DNA of 64,000 bases, from assembly GCF_006345805.1 (NCBI RefSeq), contig NC_043001.1, positions 89,466,001 to 89,530,000 of the forward strand, in the 5' to 3' direction. This DNA comes from Octopus sinensis. Taxonomy: Eukaryota. Below the pieces are notes generated by a model. The model saw only the letters and a list, made by a program, of their open reading frames with translations, made no database searches and had not been told where the DNA came from. Shown here in pieces: positions 35,228 to 49,832 of this stretch. Position numbers and translations under genes: made by a program. Within the stretch, counting starts at the first letter, position 1. Every line of letters starts with the position of its first letter.

Positions 35228-36944
35228 CTGAAGGTAGAAAGGAAATGACAGTTAATTTACTGACAAACAAACAACAACAATTATAATAATAATTTTTTTC
35301 CTTGTGATGAGGTCATAAGTTTTGGTCATGGAGATAGAAATCCCAGAACTTGACTAGTGTATATTTTATCAAACCTCAGAAAGGGATGAATGGCAAAGTT
35401 GATCTCAACAGGATTTAAGCACCAACTCTTCCAGGCACTTGTCTAAAAATAATTATTGCTAATATTGGTACAGGCCACATATTTTACTGAGCCTAGAAAG
35501 ATGAAAAACAAAGTCTACACTAATGGAATTTGAACTCAGAATGTAAAGCATTTTGTCTGACAATCTAACAATTTGGTCAGCTCATAATAATTTTACCACA
35601 AGGGCAGCAATTTTGTGGGAGGGAATGAGTCGATTATATTGACCTCCAGTGTCCAACTGGTACTTATTTTATCGACCCTGAAAGGATGAAAGGCAAAGTC
35701 AACCTTGGCGGAATTTGAACTCAGAATGTAAAGACAGATGAAATGCTACAAAGCATTTTGCCCAGCATGCCAACGACTCTGTCAACTCACTGCCTTAAAA
35801 TAATGATGATGATGATAATAAAAATAATCCTTTCTACTAAAAGCACAAGGCCTGAAATGTTGGGGGAGGGGACTAACCGATTACATTGACCCCAATGTTT
35901 CACTAGTATTTAATTTATTCTTTTCTACTCTAGGTATAAGGCCTGAAATTTTTGGAGAAGGGGCCAGTCAATTAGATTGACCCCAGAACGTAACTGGTAC
36001 TTAATTTATTGACCCCAAATGGATGAAAGGCAAAGTCAACCTTGGTGGAATTTGAACTCAGAATGTGAAACAGATGAAATACCACTAAGCTTTTCACCCG
36101 GCGTGCTAACGTTTCTGCCAGCTTGCCAAAATTTCTGGATCAACCCCAGAACATAACTAGTACTTAATTTATTGACCCTGAAAGGACCTCGGAGGAATAA
36201 TAATAATAGTAATAATCCTTTCTAATTTTCACAAAGTTTTGAGGGAGGAGGATAGTCAATTACATCTCAGTCACAAGAGGTTCTTGTGTTTTTTAAAACT
36301 TAAGAACCTCTAATGACTGTAAATTAAAGGAAAGAGAGTTTTCCTTTATGTCTACATTTTAAAAAATTCCTTTTAATGGAAATTAAAGACAGACCACCAG
36401 ACACATCATAAACCATTCTGGTCTGGTTTACATAATTTTGATACTTGTAAAACACTGGTGATGGTTGCTGAGGGTTTGATTACCTCCCCTGTGTTTTTCT
36501 CTATCTTTTTCTATTTCTATATGCACGCGCGCATTCAAACATCAACTACTTTGAATGCAGTTAACTAACCATCTTGTTATTTTAACAGCTTGATAAATGG
36601 CAAAGAAAAATGTGAGTATGTACATATGGGTGCATGCTGTCCTGTCATTACATTCTAATTGTAAAGGTAAGTCACTGTCATACAAATAGTGCAATTTTTT
36701 TTGCAACTGTGGCCACTTTGCTGTTCATGTTTGAAGGACAAAGAGAAATATGTTTCTAAAAAATAGATGAGGGTAGGCGAGAGGAAGGGTATCCAGCCAA
36801 AGAAAATTTACTTCAAAGAATTTTATCTGACCCACAAGAATGGAAAAGTAATCATTAAAATGACAATTATGAAAATGATTACACACACATCATCGCCATA
36901 TATATATATATGAAAGTAAGTGTTTACTGATAGAAATACCTTAC

Positions 36945-37006
36945 CTCTTCATCATACCAGTCAACAAACGTGAACTCTTCCCAAGAGCTGTATTCATCTC
37001 ATCAAC
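36945..37006 (-). CDS. VTI1A: VTI1A exon 7
   Basis: VDEMNTALGKSSRLLTGMMK(R). 62 nt. Confidence 0.95.
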
Positions 37007-38588
37007 CTGAAATTAACAAAGCAGTAGAAATCTCAAGAATTTTAGAGTAGAAGAAACAAGTTTCAGATTTACATCAATCTGCTTTGTCTGTCTGTCTGTA
37101 TGTATATTTGGAACGGTCATTGTTGGAACAAATTTTTTTAAAGATGGAGTTCTTTCCTACAACTGACAATATAATTAAGTAGGGAGTGGAGAAACCAGTA
37201 ATTTTTTTTTCCATTCAGATAAAGTATTTATAGCTGAGACAGATTGGATGGGAGACCTAGCATGTTTAATGCTAGTTTAACACTGCCACATTGGCATTGG
37301 GTGACTTAACTGAAATTCATTCTGTTAAATCCTAGGTTCCCTTGCCACTTATGTTGTCATGTAGGTCTACATACAACATCAACTGTATCAATCTCACACA
37401 GGAGGGCTTGCAAAGATCATGAACACTGTCCCTCTTTAATTGACTAACTCACTGACAAGAAATATATATATACATATCAATATTATCTATCTATCTATTT
37501 AAGGCGACAAGTTGGTAGAATCCTTAGCAAGCTGGGCAAAATGTTTAGCCTCATTTCATCCATGTTTTGGGTTCAAATGCTGCAGGACTCAACTTTACCT
37601 TTTATCCCTTCGAGGCCAATAAAAATAAGTACCAGTTGAGCACTAGAGTCAATTTAATCAACTTAGCCTCTCTCCGGAAATTGCTGACCTTGTGCCAAAA
37701 TTTGAAACTGATGTTATCTATCTATCTATATATCATCACCATCATCTTTTCCAGGTCTGTATAGATCAGAAGGAATTTGCTGAGGCAGATTTTTTACAGC
37801 TGGATGATCTTCCTATCACCAACATTCACCTGTTTCCAAGCAAAGGAACATTTCCCCATGGCTGGACAGGTTTTCATGAAAGATTGGATATGAGCATCAC
37901 TGCCATACAAATGCTGTATGACACCGATCTTGTCTACAACCATCATGTGATGTATAGACAAAGAAATACAAAAATATATAGACATAAACAATGGGTGTAT
38001 TTCAGTTTCTGTCTAATAAATCCACTCACATGGTTGTCCACTTCTACACTTCCATAAAAACATATCTGACCAAAGGAAACTAATACCTTTCTGTAAAATA
38101 ATAAGCATTAGCAACGTCATCCAGTTGTAGAAGCGATACCAAAGCAGGCATTGGAGCACAATAGGGTTCTCTGATTCATCAGATCCTGTCAAACCATCTA
38201 ACATGTACCAACATGGAAAATTGGTGCATAATGTGAGATATTGTATGCTAAGAAGGGCATCCAGTCTTAGAAACCAAGTCAAAATGAAGCCTTTAAATGA
38301 GATGTGGTCCTCTGATCCATTCAAGAAAGCAGTAAAAACTCATCCAACCCATGCCAACATGGACAGCAATGATATAACTATAATAAATAATACATTTTTG
38401 GGTAGGGAATTTACCATTCCAGGTGGTTGAACGTATGAGAGACCAGTAGTTAATATCTGAGACTACTGCTGAGGATGATGATGATGATGATGGTGTGAAA
38501 AGTAAGAGAAGTTTTTTCCATAGTATTACTGGTAAGATTTCAAACAAAAGTTATTTGACAATGGTTAGCTGTTAATGTTGTAACATAC

Positions 38589-38659
38589 CCTTCCTCTTGA
38601 TCTGTTTATAGTCTGGCGCTGTGAATGAAGATTTTCTAGAATGGCAGATCCAATTTGTT
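38589..38659 (-). CDS. VTI1A: VTI1A exon 6
   Basis: EQIGSAILENLHSQRQTINRSRGR. 71 nt. Confidence 0.95.
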
Positions 38660-39446
38660 CTAAAAAATAAAGATATATATATATATATATATATATAACA
38701 TTCACACTTTGGCAAAACTTATCACAGAAAAAAAAATGTCTTCATTAAATAAAATGATTTTAATATTTTTTTAATGTTTTCAAAACATAGCTATGGGCTC
38801 TGTTAGAGTCAAGATGAAGTGGGAATGAGAGGGCTACATTGTTGGGTAACAATGTAGTTTGGAAGAATATGGCTGGAATTCATCTATAACAAAGAAATGT
38901 TTTAGAAGTTAAACACTGACAAACAATAATGCAAAGTCTAAACCACGCATCTAAAATCTGGCATTGACAAAACACTTTGTCCATTTCATCAAGATTGATT
39001 TTACAGTAACACTATATAATAAGTACTGACTTGTACCAGAATCGTGCATTTGTTCTTTATAAGTTACATATTTCGATACTGGAATAATTTGAACCTATTA
39101 AACTTTAAAAAGCAGTAAAACTAAAAAAAGCTGGGAAATCACTGTCCTAAATGTACTTTTTCCTATTCTTTTACTTGTTTCAATCACTGGACTGTGGCTA
39201 TGCTGGGGCACTGTCATGAAGAATTTAATGAAACAAACTGACCCCAATACATTTTTTTAAAAGTCTGGTTGTTATTCTATCAAGTTCTCTTGCTCTACTG
39301 CAAGGTTACCAGGATGTAAACAAAGTAACACCAGTTATCAAGCAGTGGATTGGAGACAAACACAAACACATATAATACGTACATAGTGAATTTGGTAGAT
39401 GGAAACTGTGTGGAAGCCCGTTATGCATAATCCTCATGACATGAAC

Positions 39447-39673
39447 CAGTGGTTCTCAACTGAGGTTCATATGAGATTTTGTTATAGAAATTTATTTTTC
39501 CAGAAATTTGTTATACTTTGGCAATACACAAAATATTTTAACAATTTTTTAAATACAATTCCTATTAATATTTAATCATAAAAATACAATAGAATTTTTT
39601 TAAACATGGGAGTCCAGTAGAATAAAATAGGAATCTAAGGAGTCCATAGGCAAAAAATGGTTGAGAACCACTG
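39447..39673. mobile_element. hAT-type MITE
   Basis: 14-bp TIR CAGTGGTTCTCAAC/GTTGAGAACCACTG. TSD is degenerate. Confidence 0.65.
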
Positions 39674-40014
39674 ATTTAAACAGACATTAAATGGTGATGA
39701 TGATGACATGATAGGTTTCCACACAGTTTCCATCTGCCAAATTCTTTTACAAGGCATGGTTGGCTTAGGGCTATAGTAAAAGGTACATGCAAAGAAATTT
39801 AACTTGAAACCATGTGGCTGCAAAACAAGCTTCCTAACCACATGGCTATGCTGTATTATCTAAAGTCTACTTTTTAAGTGCTAGCAGACTATGATTTGAG
39901 AGAGATTTTGTTGTTATTTCTAACCAAATAGACTCTTGTTTGGCCATTGTGCAATAGATATATTCATGAGTCTCCAAGTAGTTCTACACTGACAGTGGAC
40001 ATTAACCAGTAGTT

Positions 40015-40539
40015 GGATCTTTACCTTTTGACTGGCAGATTTAAAAAATAATTTTTTGTAAATAAACATTTTCAAACTTCGGACACTGGAAGAATCTGTC
40101 ATATAAAACATTTTTTACTCTTAGCATTTTTGAGAAAAACTTATATTTACGAAGTTATTTCACATTAAAATAGTCCTATTTCGGTAATTTCAACCAATCA
40201 ATGATGTGTATTTAGCTGAATAAAATTACTGCTGTTGTTTGTCAACAACAACTATTGGTGGTGTATTTTTCGTTTGTCACTGTTATTTATGACATCGTTC
40301 GTGTGTTTGTACTGGTTTTAGCTGTAAGGTTTTAGGGTTAGGGTTTTAAGGTTAGGGTCTTGATTGGTTGAAATTACTGAAATACTACAAATTTAACGTG
40401 AAATAACTTCATAAATATAAGTTTTTCTCAAAAATGCTAAGAGTAAAAAATGTTTTATATGACACATTCTACCAGTGTCAGAAAGTGTTTAGTTACAAAA
40501 AATTATTTTTTAAATCTGTAGGTCAAAAGGTAAAGGTCC
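40015..40539. mobile_element. Fold-back element with about 190-bp arms and a central TTAGGG-like tract
   Basis: About 40015-40200 is the reverse complement of about 40350-40539. Centre reads ttagggttagggttttaaggttaggg. Confidence 0.7.
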
Positions 40540-40642
40540 CATTAGTTTGGCTGCATTACACAATGCAGAAGACACAATGAGTCATTAAAGGCTAAGAGCA
40601 GAAACTTCTTATTAAATGCAAAAAGAGGATAAATACAATTAC

Positions 40643-40727
40643 CTGTTTCCACAGCAGTGTGATATCCATGATCTAGTTTCCGTCCAGATCTTTCCAACCG
40701 TTCTGTATTCTCCAGCAACCGAGTTCG
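40643..40727 (-). CDS. VTI1A: VTI1A exon 5 (SNARE motif start)
   Basis: RTRLLENTERLERSGRKLDHGYHTAVET. 85 nt. Confidence 0.95.
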
Positions 40728-41049
40728 CTACAAAACATCCATGAAGTAAACTTCTATTAATATTCTGACTAAACAAGGCAGTGAGTTGGCAGAATTGTTA
40801 GCAAGCTGGGCAAAATATTTAGTGAAATTTCATCTGTTTTTACATTCTCGTTATAAAATCTCACCAAGCCCAACTTTGCCTTTCGTCCTTACAAGGTTAA
40901 TAAAATAAGTACCAGTTGAGCACAGGGGCTTATGTAATCGACTTAACCCCACTTCTCTGAACTTGCTGGTCTTGTGCCAAAATTTGAAATCAATATTCTG
41001 ACTAAATTAGATAAGAGGTACAAGTAATTACAGCATAGAAATATCTTAG

Positions 41050-41286
41050 TCCATTAAGGTGGCGAGCTGGTAGAATCGTTAGCCCACTGGGCGAAATGCT
41101 TAGCAGTATTTCATCTGTCTTTACGTTCTGAATTCAAATTCTGCCGAGGTTGACTTTGCTTCTCATCCTTTTGGGGTCGATAAATTAAGTACCAGTTACG
41201 CACTGGGGTCAATGTAATCAACTTAATCTCTTTGCCTATCCTTGTTTGTCCCCTCTATGTTTAGCCCTTGTGGGCAATAAATAAAT
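41050..41286 (+). mobile_element. Most abundant SINE family in the window (other copies near 10700, 13300, 18470, 23290-23680, 35590-36130, 37500, 40780, 42670, 45970, 46930)
   Basis: Head ggcgagctgg...gttcaaattc...gactttgcctttcatcc, (AATA)n tail, 11-bp TSD AAATATCTTAG. Confidence 0.85.
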
Positions 41287-43396
41287 AAATATCTTAGCCC
41301 TTTTCATACATTTTGGGTTCAGATCTCATTAGAGGTTGATTCTGCTTTTCTTCCTACTGCCTATCAATAAACTAAGTACCAATCATGTGCAAGAGTAAGT
41401 CAATCAATTTTATTATTGGTTTCTTCGTAATATTCAAAGCTTTGATTTTCTTCCCACCAGAGTTGATAAATAAGTAACAATCATATATTTGAAGAGCCAA
41501 CTGATTATCCCCAGCCCCTACAAATCTGTGGCCTTGTATTAGAAATCCTAAATAACCATGGTAACTGCTTCATTAATTCAACAGATTCTCATAGGAATGA
41601 CATAAGCATTCCGACTTCCTAATTTCTCACCTCCAAACTGTATCACCATGACTGCCCTGCCACTCTCCCCCACTCTCTTCAACACCCGTCTACCATCCCC
41701 AACTCATGCGCCACTGATCATTCGTCACTCCCTACATCCACCCTTCAATTCGACTTAGTCTTTGAAGCTATTACCTACCTACCTCCCATCTCCTGCAAAC
41801 CCCCATCCACACTTCTAGTTCCACTGTCCCAACACACTTCTACTCACCTCATACCTTGAGGAGACACCTGGACTCGCAGCTCCTACAAATCATTCTCACT
41901 CTCTCTTTATGGTGAATAACTATGTAGCCCCTCTACAAGAACTTGCCTGCCCTGCCCTCCTCCCACCTCTTTGAATGCTGCTCCCCATCCCACCCAGGGT
42001 TTTGTAGTCCCGCAAGCTGCATGGTGACTGCATTTGTGCCAGTGGCACAAAAGAGCACCTGGTACACACTATAAAGTGGTTGGCATTGAGAAGAGCAACC
42101 AGCCATAGAAACCATGCCAAAGTAGACACTGGAGCACAATGTAATCCTCTGATCTTGTGGATTCTGTCAAACTATCAAACCCATGATAGTATGGAACATG
42201 CACATTAAGTGATGATGATGAAACCTCATATATATCTTCCAAACTGATCAACTTTGTATTACATGAAGCAACAAGTGTCTTCCACAATTCTCATATCTTA
42301 GGACATACAGGGTGATCCAAAAGTCCTGTCACCCACTAAGAACAGTAGAGGAACAATATAATAATAATATCAAAAACATGTGTTGGTTTTAGTACATTCC
42401 CTTTTGTTGACACTAACACTGTCATCGAGGTCTGTATGAACACCATTTTTGTGGAACAAAATAATGCGGAGCCATGTCCTGTGTGATATTTTACAAAGCT
42501 GTTGATGTTCATACAGACCTTCTCGATGTGTGGCAGTGTCAATGAAAGTGAATATACTAAAACCAGTACATATTTGATAATATTATATTGTTCCTATCTG
42601 AATGCTTGACTGTGTAGCTTAGACCATCTCTGCATGACTCATGCTCAGACGTTCAGATAATTTCCTTTTAGGTGGCAAGTTGGCTGAAATGTTAGCATGC
42701 CGGGCAAAATGCTTAGTGGTATTTCGTCCGTCTTTACATTCTGAGTTCAAATTCAGCTGAGGTTGACTTTGCCTTTCATCCTTTCGGGATTGATAAATTA
42801 GGTACCAGTTGCATACTGGGTCAATCTAATCGATTGGCCCCCTCCCCCAAAATTTCAGGCCTTGTGCCTAGAGTAGAAAAGATTTTTATATTGTTCTTCT
42901 GTTGTTCTTATTACTTTTCAGTAGAGAGTGACAAAACCTTCAGACCACTCAGTACATTTTTATCGTGAGCTTAGATGGAAAGAAATCAAAACTAACAGAT
43001 AACTCCATTTTTGACCAGGTTTTCCTCATATTTCTATAACATATAATATTCTAATTTTACAAGTATTTTCAATATCATTCGTCCATCTTTAATATTGCTT
43101 ATTCCATCATAGATACCATATTTTCTAGCATACAAGTCATAATTTTCAGACCAAAATTTACAGCCCACACCAAAAAGGTAGGTTGGCTTATACACCAAAT
43201 ACAACTTTGGAGGACCAAAAATTCCATGTGGAATGCAGCAGGAAGTGGAAAGATAATGCCAATGGCTGAAGGTTTACACTATATATTGTGCCAACTTGTA
43301 TGCTGGAAAACAAAATATTTGATACAATGTATATCATATATAAACTGCAATACTTGAGGCAATATGGCTATTTTGAAACTAAATTGTTTACTTTAC

Positions 43397-43468
43397 CTGA
43401 TCCTCAGCATCATGATGATCATCAAGCATGCAGTCATCTTTACTGTCAAGTCCCAGTTTAGCACGTCT
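43397..43468 (-). CDS. VTI1A: VTI1A exon 4
   Basis: RRAKLGLDSKDDCMLDDHHDAEDQ. 72 nt. Confidence 0.88.
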
Positions 43469-44289
43469 CTGCAACAAATTCAACAATGATAGGTTCAGAT
43501 ACAAAAAATAATGACAGATGTCAAAAGATACAATAGACAATAACACAAACCAACAATAAATCACTTTTGATAGCACAATTTTACTGAAGTCTTCAGGAAA
43601 GTCAAGGTCCGTCAATCAACTTCTTTGCAAGTAATGGAGCCCATGTGGAACCATGTGGGAGTGTTTTGATGTTTCTAATAAAACTTGATTTGTTTGCCTA
43701 TGTTTTTCAATAAACTCTGCTGAGTCATCTTTGCTTTTCATTTCATTTTTCTGAATTTTTCAAATTGTAAAGGTAATTTATGAACACCCAGTATAGTCTT
43801 ATATTAATCTATCTCAGTGGTAAGAAGGTTCAGTGGCAAGTGTTTTCAGTTGAATACAAGTGAAAGAAAGCCCATGGATTATGTTGATGATGTTGGACAA
43901 ATATAGATTAAATACATTCAACTATTTGACATGGAAACCTCAATTACTATCACAGCTTGCCACTTTGAAATAATGCTGGTAGAACACTGCAAAAGAACAA
44001 TTATCAGGATCTCTTTGAAATAGTTCATTACATTGTTGCACTTTTAAACACGTTATTAGATTGTTCTGAAATGTATCACACAGCACTGAACAGGAACAGT
44101 GCCCTGCAACAAGAAACTAGTGCTCAATTTTATCTGAATATAAATCTAGACCAATCTAGAATTCCTGGTGTATGAGTGAGTCCTCTATGCATATATGGGT
44201 AGGACAAAACATTACAATGCAGTACATAATTTTAATATTCACTTTTCCATCCTCTCAGCTATTTTGCATCAACCATCATACTTCGACAT

Positions 44290-44640
44290 GCAGGAGTAGC
44301 TGTGTGATAAGTAGCTTGCATACCAGCGTGAACATGGTTCTGGGTTCAGTCCCAATGCATGACACCTAGGGGAAGTGTCTTCTACTATAACCTTGGGCCG
44401 ACCAAAGCCTTGTGAGTGGATTTGGTTGATGGAAACTGAAAGAAGCCTGTCATATATACATATGTGTGTGTTTGTGTTTGTCCCCCTCACCATCACTTGA
44501 CAACTGATTCTAGTGTGTTTATGCCCCCGTAACTTAGTGGTTCAGCAAAAGAGCCCAATAGAATAAGTACTAAGCTTACAAAGAATAAGTCCTGGGGTCA
44601 ATTTGTTTGAACAAAGGCGGTGCTGCAGCATGGCTGCAGT
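44290..44640 (+). mobile_element. SINE-like family 'ggttcagtcccactg...ccaaagccttgtgagtggatttgg' (also near 4020, 21080, 22280, 24190, 24670, 25920, 26550)
   Basis: Recurrent homologous sequence ending in TA/TG microsatellite. Confidence 0.75.
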
Positions 44641-44697
44641 CAAGTGACTGAAACAAGTAAAAGAATAAAAGAATTAGAAAAAAATATTGCAACTCAC

Positions 44698-44808
44698 CAC
44701 ATCTGTTTGAAGTTTTGAAAGTTCTGTTTTGTAGCTTCGTACTCTTGTTTGATACTTTTGCCTGTCCTTGCTTGGTTGTTCCTTCACCTCCAGGTCCATC
44801 TGTTCCAG
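44698..44808 (-). CDS. VTI1A: VTI1A exon 3
   Basis: LEQMDLEVKEQPSKDRQKYQTRVRSYKTELSKLQTDV. 111 nt. Confidence 0.95.
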
Positions 44809-47800
44809 CTATGAAAACAAAAAACAACATAAAAATCATCTTTGTTACCAATGAATAGCTTTTAATTTTGAATAGATCAACTGTATTTTACAGAAAAAAA
44901 AAAAAATTAAACTGACTGCAGAGTTACTGTATTTGCCAGTGTATAAAAGTCACACTCCTATTTTACAAGTATATTTTGTAAGATTCTGTGCATGTACATT
45001 CAATACTGTAACAATGGACTGGAATCATCATCATCATCATCATTTAATGTCCATTTTCCATGCTGGCATGAGTTGGATAGCTTGACAGAAACCGGTAAGG
45101 CCAAATGCTGCACTAGGTTCCATAGTCTGTTTTGGCTTGGTTTCTACAGCTGGATGCCTTTCCTTACACCAATCACTCCAGAGTGTACTGGGTGCTTTTT
45201 ATGTGGCACCATCACCAGTGATTTTTAAGTGGCACTAGCACCAGTGCTTTTTATGTGGCTGCTGCAATAAAGAGTAAAACCATAAATCTATCATAAATAT
45301 AATACGTTATGGAAGTACTGTATTTCAACTTTATCTTCTTTCATATTCATTGTATAGTTGTTTATATTTTGGTCAAGAGAATTGTCATACAGGACGTAAA
45401 ATTTGTAATTTATTGGTTGTGATGTTTTGTGTAACTGTGATAGGCCACCAGGGTGGTGCATCACAGCTTTGGTTTATTTTTGTTATTCACTTGTTGCAAA
45501 TACCTGACAGGCAGATGAAAACTTAATGCTCCTTTAACCCTTTAGCATTCAGATTATTCGGTCAAGTGTAATGCTCATAGCTTCAAGATTTCAATGATGT
45601 GAGTGTTTATTTTTAGAATGACATTGTGGGGTATGTGTGACAGGTTGGATCTAGTCAGTTTGAACATAAAACAGATAGAATATTTTAGGCCAAATATGGC
45701 CAATTTAAAAGCCAAAGGATGATTTTTCATTTAAATGAATAAAAAATGGCTTTAAAAGGTAACAGAATCATTAAACAATGTAGGTCAGGTGTAGGTGATG
45801 TATGTGAAGGAAGGAGAAATGTTCAATTTTCATCTGCCTGTCAGCTATTCACAATGAGCGAATGACGAGATGATGCAACCTCTCCACATACTGTAAGCAA
45901 TCTTTCATATGGTTGTGCTAACAGTTCACAATAATTTGGCTTAGTTTCAACATTGTATTATTAGTTAAAGCAGCAAGCTGGCAGAATCATTAGCATGCCA
46001 GGCAAAATGCTTAGCAACATTCTGTCGGTCTTTTTGTTCTGAGTTCAAATTCTGCTGAGGCTGACTTTGCCTTTCATTCTTTTGGGGTTGATAAAATAAG
46101 TACCAGGTCAAGCACTGGGGTTGACATAATCAGCTTACCCCCAGCTCCAAACTTGCTGGCCTTGTGCCAAAACTTGAAACTAATATTCTATTATTAGTAA
46201 TAATTATTGTACCTAGTTGTCCAGCTCCCTAGCCTATGACACTGTCTCCCATCCATAATACAGCTGCATTTGACGCAGAGAAATTTTTGGATAGATTTTT
46301 AAAATAATACAAAAACAAAAATGAAAGCATGTCTTATACACTGGTAAATATGGTAATTAGCAAATATTTTAGTTACACAAATATAAAAGAACCTAACAAT
46401 GAAGGATATCCTCTGAAGGATATTTCCCTGACAAAAAGTGGGTCCTAACCAATATTTCTTTTCTCAACAACCTACTTCTTGCCTTTTATTGATGTAGACT
46501 GCCACTAATTACCAGCTGGTTAATCAGAACTGTGGAAAACAAGAAATAGTTGGTGCCCCTGATGTATGACTATATCCTACTGGGAGAAAAGAAGCATAGA
46601 ATTTTGCCCCAAAATGTTTCTTCGCTTCCAATCAATATTTAATCCAAGGTCAACTCTGATTTAACAGACCTATAGCCACAAGTATACAATTTGTAAACAT
46701 TTTGTCTCTTTCACCCAGAAATAATTCATCTAGCATTTAACCAATGTCATTATCATCATTTTAATGTCCATTTTCCCATGCGTGCATGGTTCAAACAGGA
46801 TTTATTAAGGCATATTTTCTACAACTGCCCTGTCATCAACCCTCATCTGCTTCCAAGCAAGGTAATATTTCCCCCCATAGCTGGACATATCTTTACACTG
46901 CTTGTGTAACGATTCTCTTTATTAAAGGTACAAAGCCAGAAATTTTGGAGGGAGTGACTAGTCAATTACATCGACCCCAGCGTTTCACTGGTACTTATTT
47001 TATTGGCCCCAAAAAGATGAAAGGCAAAGTTGACCTCAGCACAATTTGAACTCAGAACGTAGCAATGGATGAAATACCACTAAGCATTTCGTCCAGCGTG
47101 CTAACAATTCTTCCAGCTCACCACTTTACATTGCTTATATAATAGTGACACTCATTTATATCTATTGATTGATATCAAGACAAGGAGTCATACACACACA
47201 CATTTATCTCTGTGTGTGCGTAGACAGATAGATGACATATAGAGATGATGGGCTTCTTTCAAATTCTGCCTACCAAATCCACTTACAAAGTTCAGGTTGG
47301 TCTAGGGCTATAGCAGAAGACACTTGTTATAGGGGTCATGCAATAGAACTGAACATGGAACCATGTAGTTGGGAAATGAACTGCTTAACCACACAGCCAT
47401 GCCTGCACCTATTGTGCCAATGTATCTCATTTTTTAAGAGAAATAAAATGTGATTTGAGGAAGATTTGGCTTCTATTTTTAACAGGTCAACAGGATGACA
47501 TAATGATTTCTTTACTATCTCACAAGTCTGTTTGTGCTTCTAGATTTTACCTTTGGTTAATTTATATTTCAAAAAGCATAGTTTACTACTGCTGTTTTGG
47601 AGTTACCTCATTAAATATTAAAATTATTGTATGTAACTGAAATTTTCTCTCACAAATAATGATTCTTGGAACAAGAAACTACAAACTAACATTATGTACT
47701 ATTTCCACCACTGTCCCCTTCACCTCCATCCAGAATATAAAACAGAAGCACATCAGCCCTTGAATATTACAATCAGGCAACAAAATTTCAAATATGAGCA

Positions 47801-48974
47801 GCAGAAATATTCTGAAGAGGTATTTTATATATTTTCAATAGTAACACATAGTGCAGCCTAAAGTCAAGGAGTTAACTAGCTGACCATATAGTCATAAGTT
47901 CAACCACTGCTACAACCATTATGCTGGTTATTCTTGTCTGCCCATCTGTCAAACAGGAACCAGTTTGGTTACTGGTAGGAAGAGCATGTATAAGTGTCCA
48001 GTTTAGATGAAAAAAAAATTTAATCACACTTGTACAGACAATTAATTAAAATGAGACAGGGGTACACATCCTTTTACAAGTAACCTATTTATGAATAACC
48101 TAATATAGCTTTTACACTTTAATTGGAGGATGTACCTAATTTTAAACCAAATAAATTCTATTCATTCTATAATAAAAGATTTTGTTGAGTGTAAAGCAAT
48201 GTATACAATGAGTCTGTTCTTAAATCTAGGACATATAAAAAGAATTAATGACTGTTTCACACACACATATATATATATACACACACACACACAAATATAC
48301 ACCAGATGTTGCATTGTATGGGGGTGAATGAAAGAGGGTTGTGAGCAAGAGAGAGAGAGAGAGACAGACAGAGAAAAGCAGAGTCTCACCTATCATGTTT
48401 GTCAATGGAGACTGACAACTATTGTATTTGGACAGAGATGATATTCAAATACGTTTAATATTTGTCAGCACATTTTCTCAAATGCAGCAATTGCTAACAG
48501 ATACCTTCAAATATTGCATTTTTTCATGGAGATATTCAAATATGCTATCAATTAGTCTTGAGGACATATTCAAACTTGCTGTTTGTCAATCCAGTAGAAA
48601 CTTCCAAATACACATGTTATTTATCAATCAAGATTTGCTATCTGTCACATTCAAACATGCTATTTGACAGTCCAGTTGACACAACCAATTTTATATACCA
48701 CTTCAGCAGTCACATCCAAATTATATTAGTTATCAGTCCAGTGGACACTTTTAAATTATTTATATGCCAACCAAGGTAACACATCTCATACTTCCCAATT
48801 CTTTGCCAGTATTTTTTCCTATACTTTCATCTATCTCATACATTTCATCACCACCATCCTCATTGCCTTTACTCCAACCCACTCTTATATAATGCTGGGT
48901 AGCCATGTATCTCTTCTATAACAAGACATCTATGCCTGACCCTCTATCATATTTTAAGCCTCCCAACTCCTAAC

Positions 48975-49680
48975 TCTGAGCACCTTTTCAAACTCCACCT
49001 GTTTAACACCTGTGGACATGTTTACAAAGTCAGAAAACAGCACAGCTCCCATGACTTTCAAAAACATCTTTTCACGCTAAGAGTTGCTGAAGTATGGAAC
49101 AAACTGCTGGCATCAGTTGTTAGTTGTTGGAGCACTGCTTCCTTCAAAACTTCCATGCTTCCTGAGATTTGCCAGCACTACACCTGATTTTCTCCCCTCC
49201 ATACACACGCAAGCATGTAGCTGACTCATACACTGTTCACTCCCCAGACATTTGTACATTACTGCATATGCTCTATATGCACTTTTGACAAGTTGTGGTG
49301 CACCTGAGCACTGTATACAATAATTTCATTATTATTTTAACACCCATGGACATGCTTACAAAGTCAGAAAACAGCACAGCTCCAATGACTTTCGGAAACA
49401 ATTTTTCACGCTAAGAGTTGCTGAAGTATGGAACAAACTGCCGGCATCAGTTGTTAGTTGCTGGAGAACTGCATCCTTCAAAACTTCCATGCTTCCTGAG
49501 ATTCGCCAACACTACACCTCATTTTCTCCTCTCAATACACATGCAAGCATGTATCTGACTCTTACGCTTTTCACTTCCCAGACATTTGTACATTACTGCA
49601 AATGCTTTATACACACTTTTGACAATTTGTGGTGCACCTGAGCACTGTATACAATAATTTCATCATCATCATCATTATAA
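48975..49680 (+). mobile_element. Two tandem 3' ends of the same CR1 family
   Basis: About 48975-49335 and about 49336-49680 each match about 29680-30030. Confidence 0.85.
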
Positions 49681-49832
49681 TATTTGCTGAAGTGTATAAC
49701 ACAGACCATACAAAAGAGTCCTATATCTTACAGTGATTAATTTTGAGATAATAAAACACAATTTAAGAGAGTACAGGATTAGCACCTATTGGGCAATCTC
49801 AGACTATCCACACATCCAGCAAAGACAACTGA

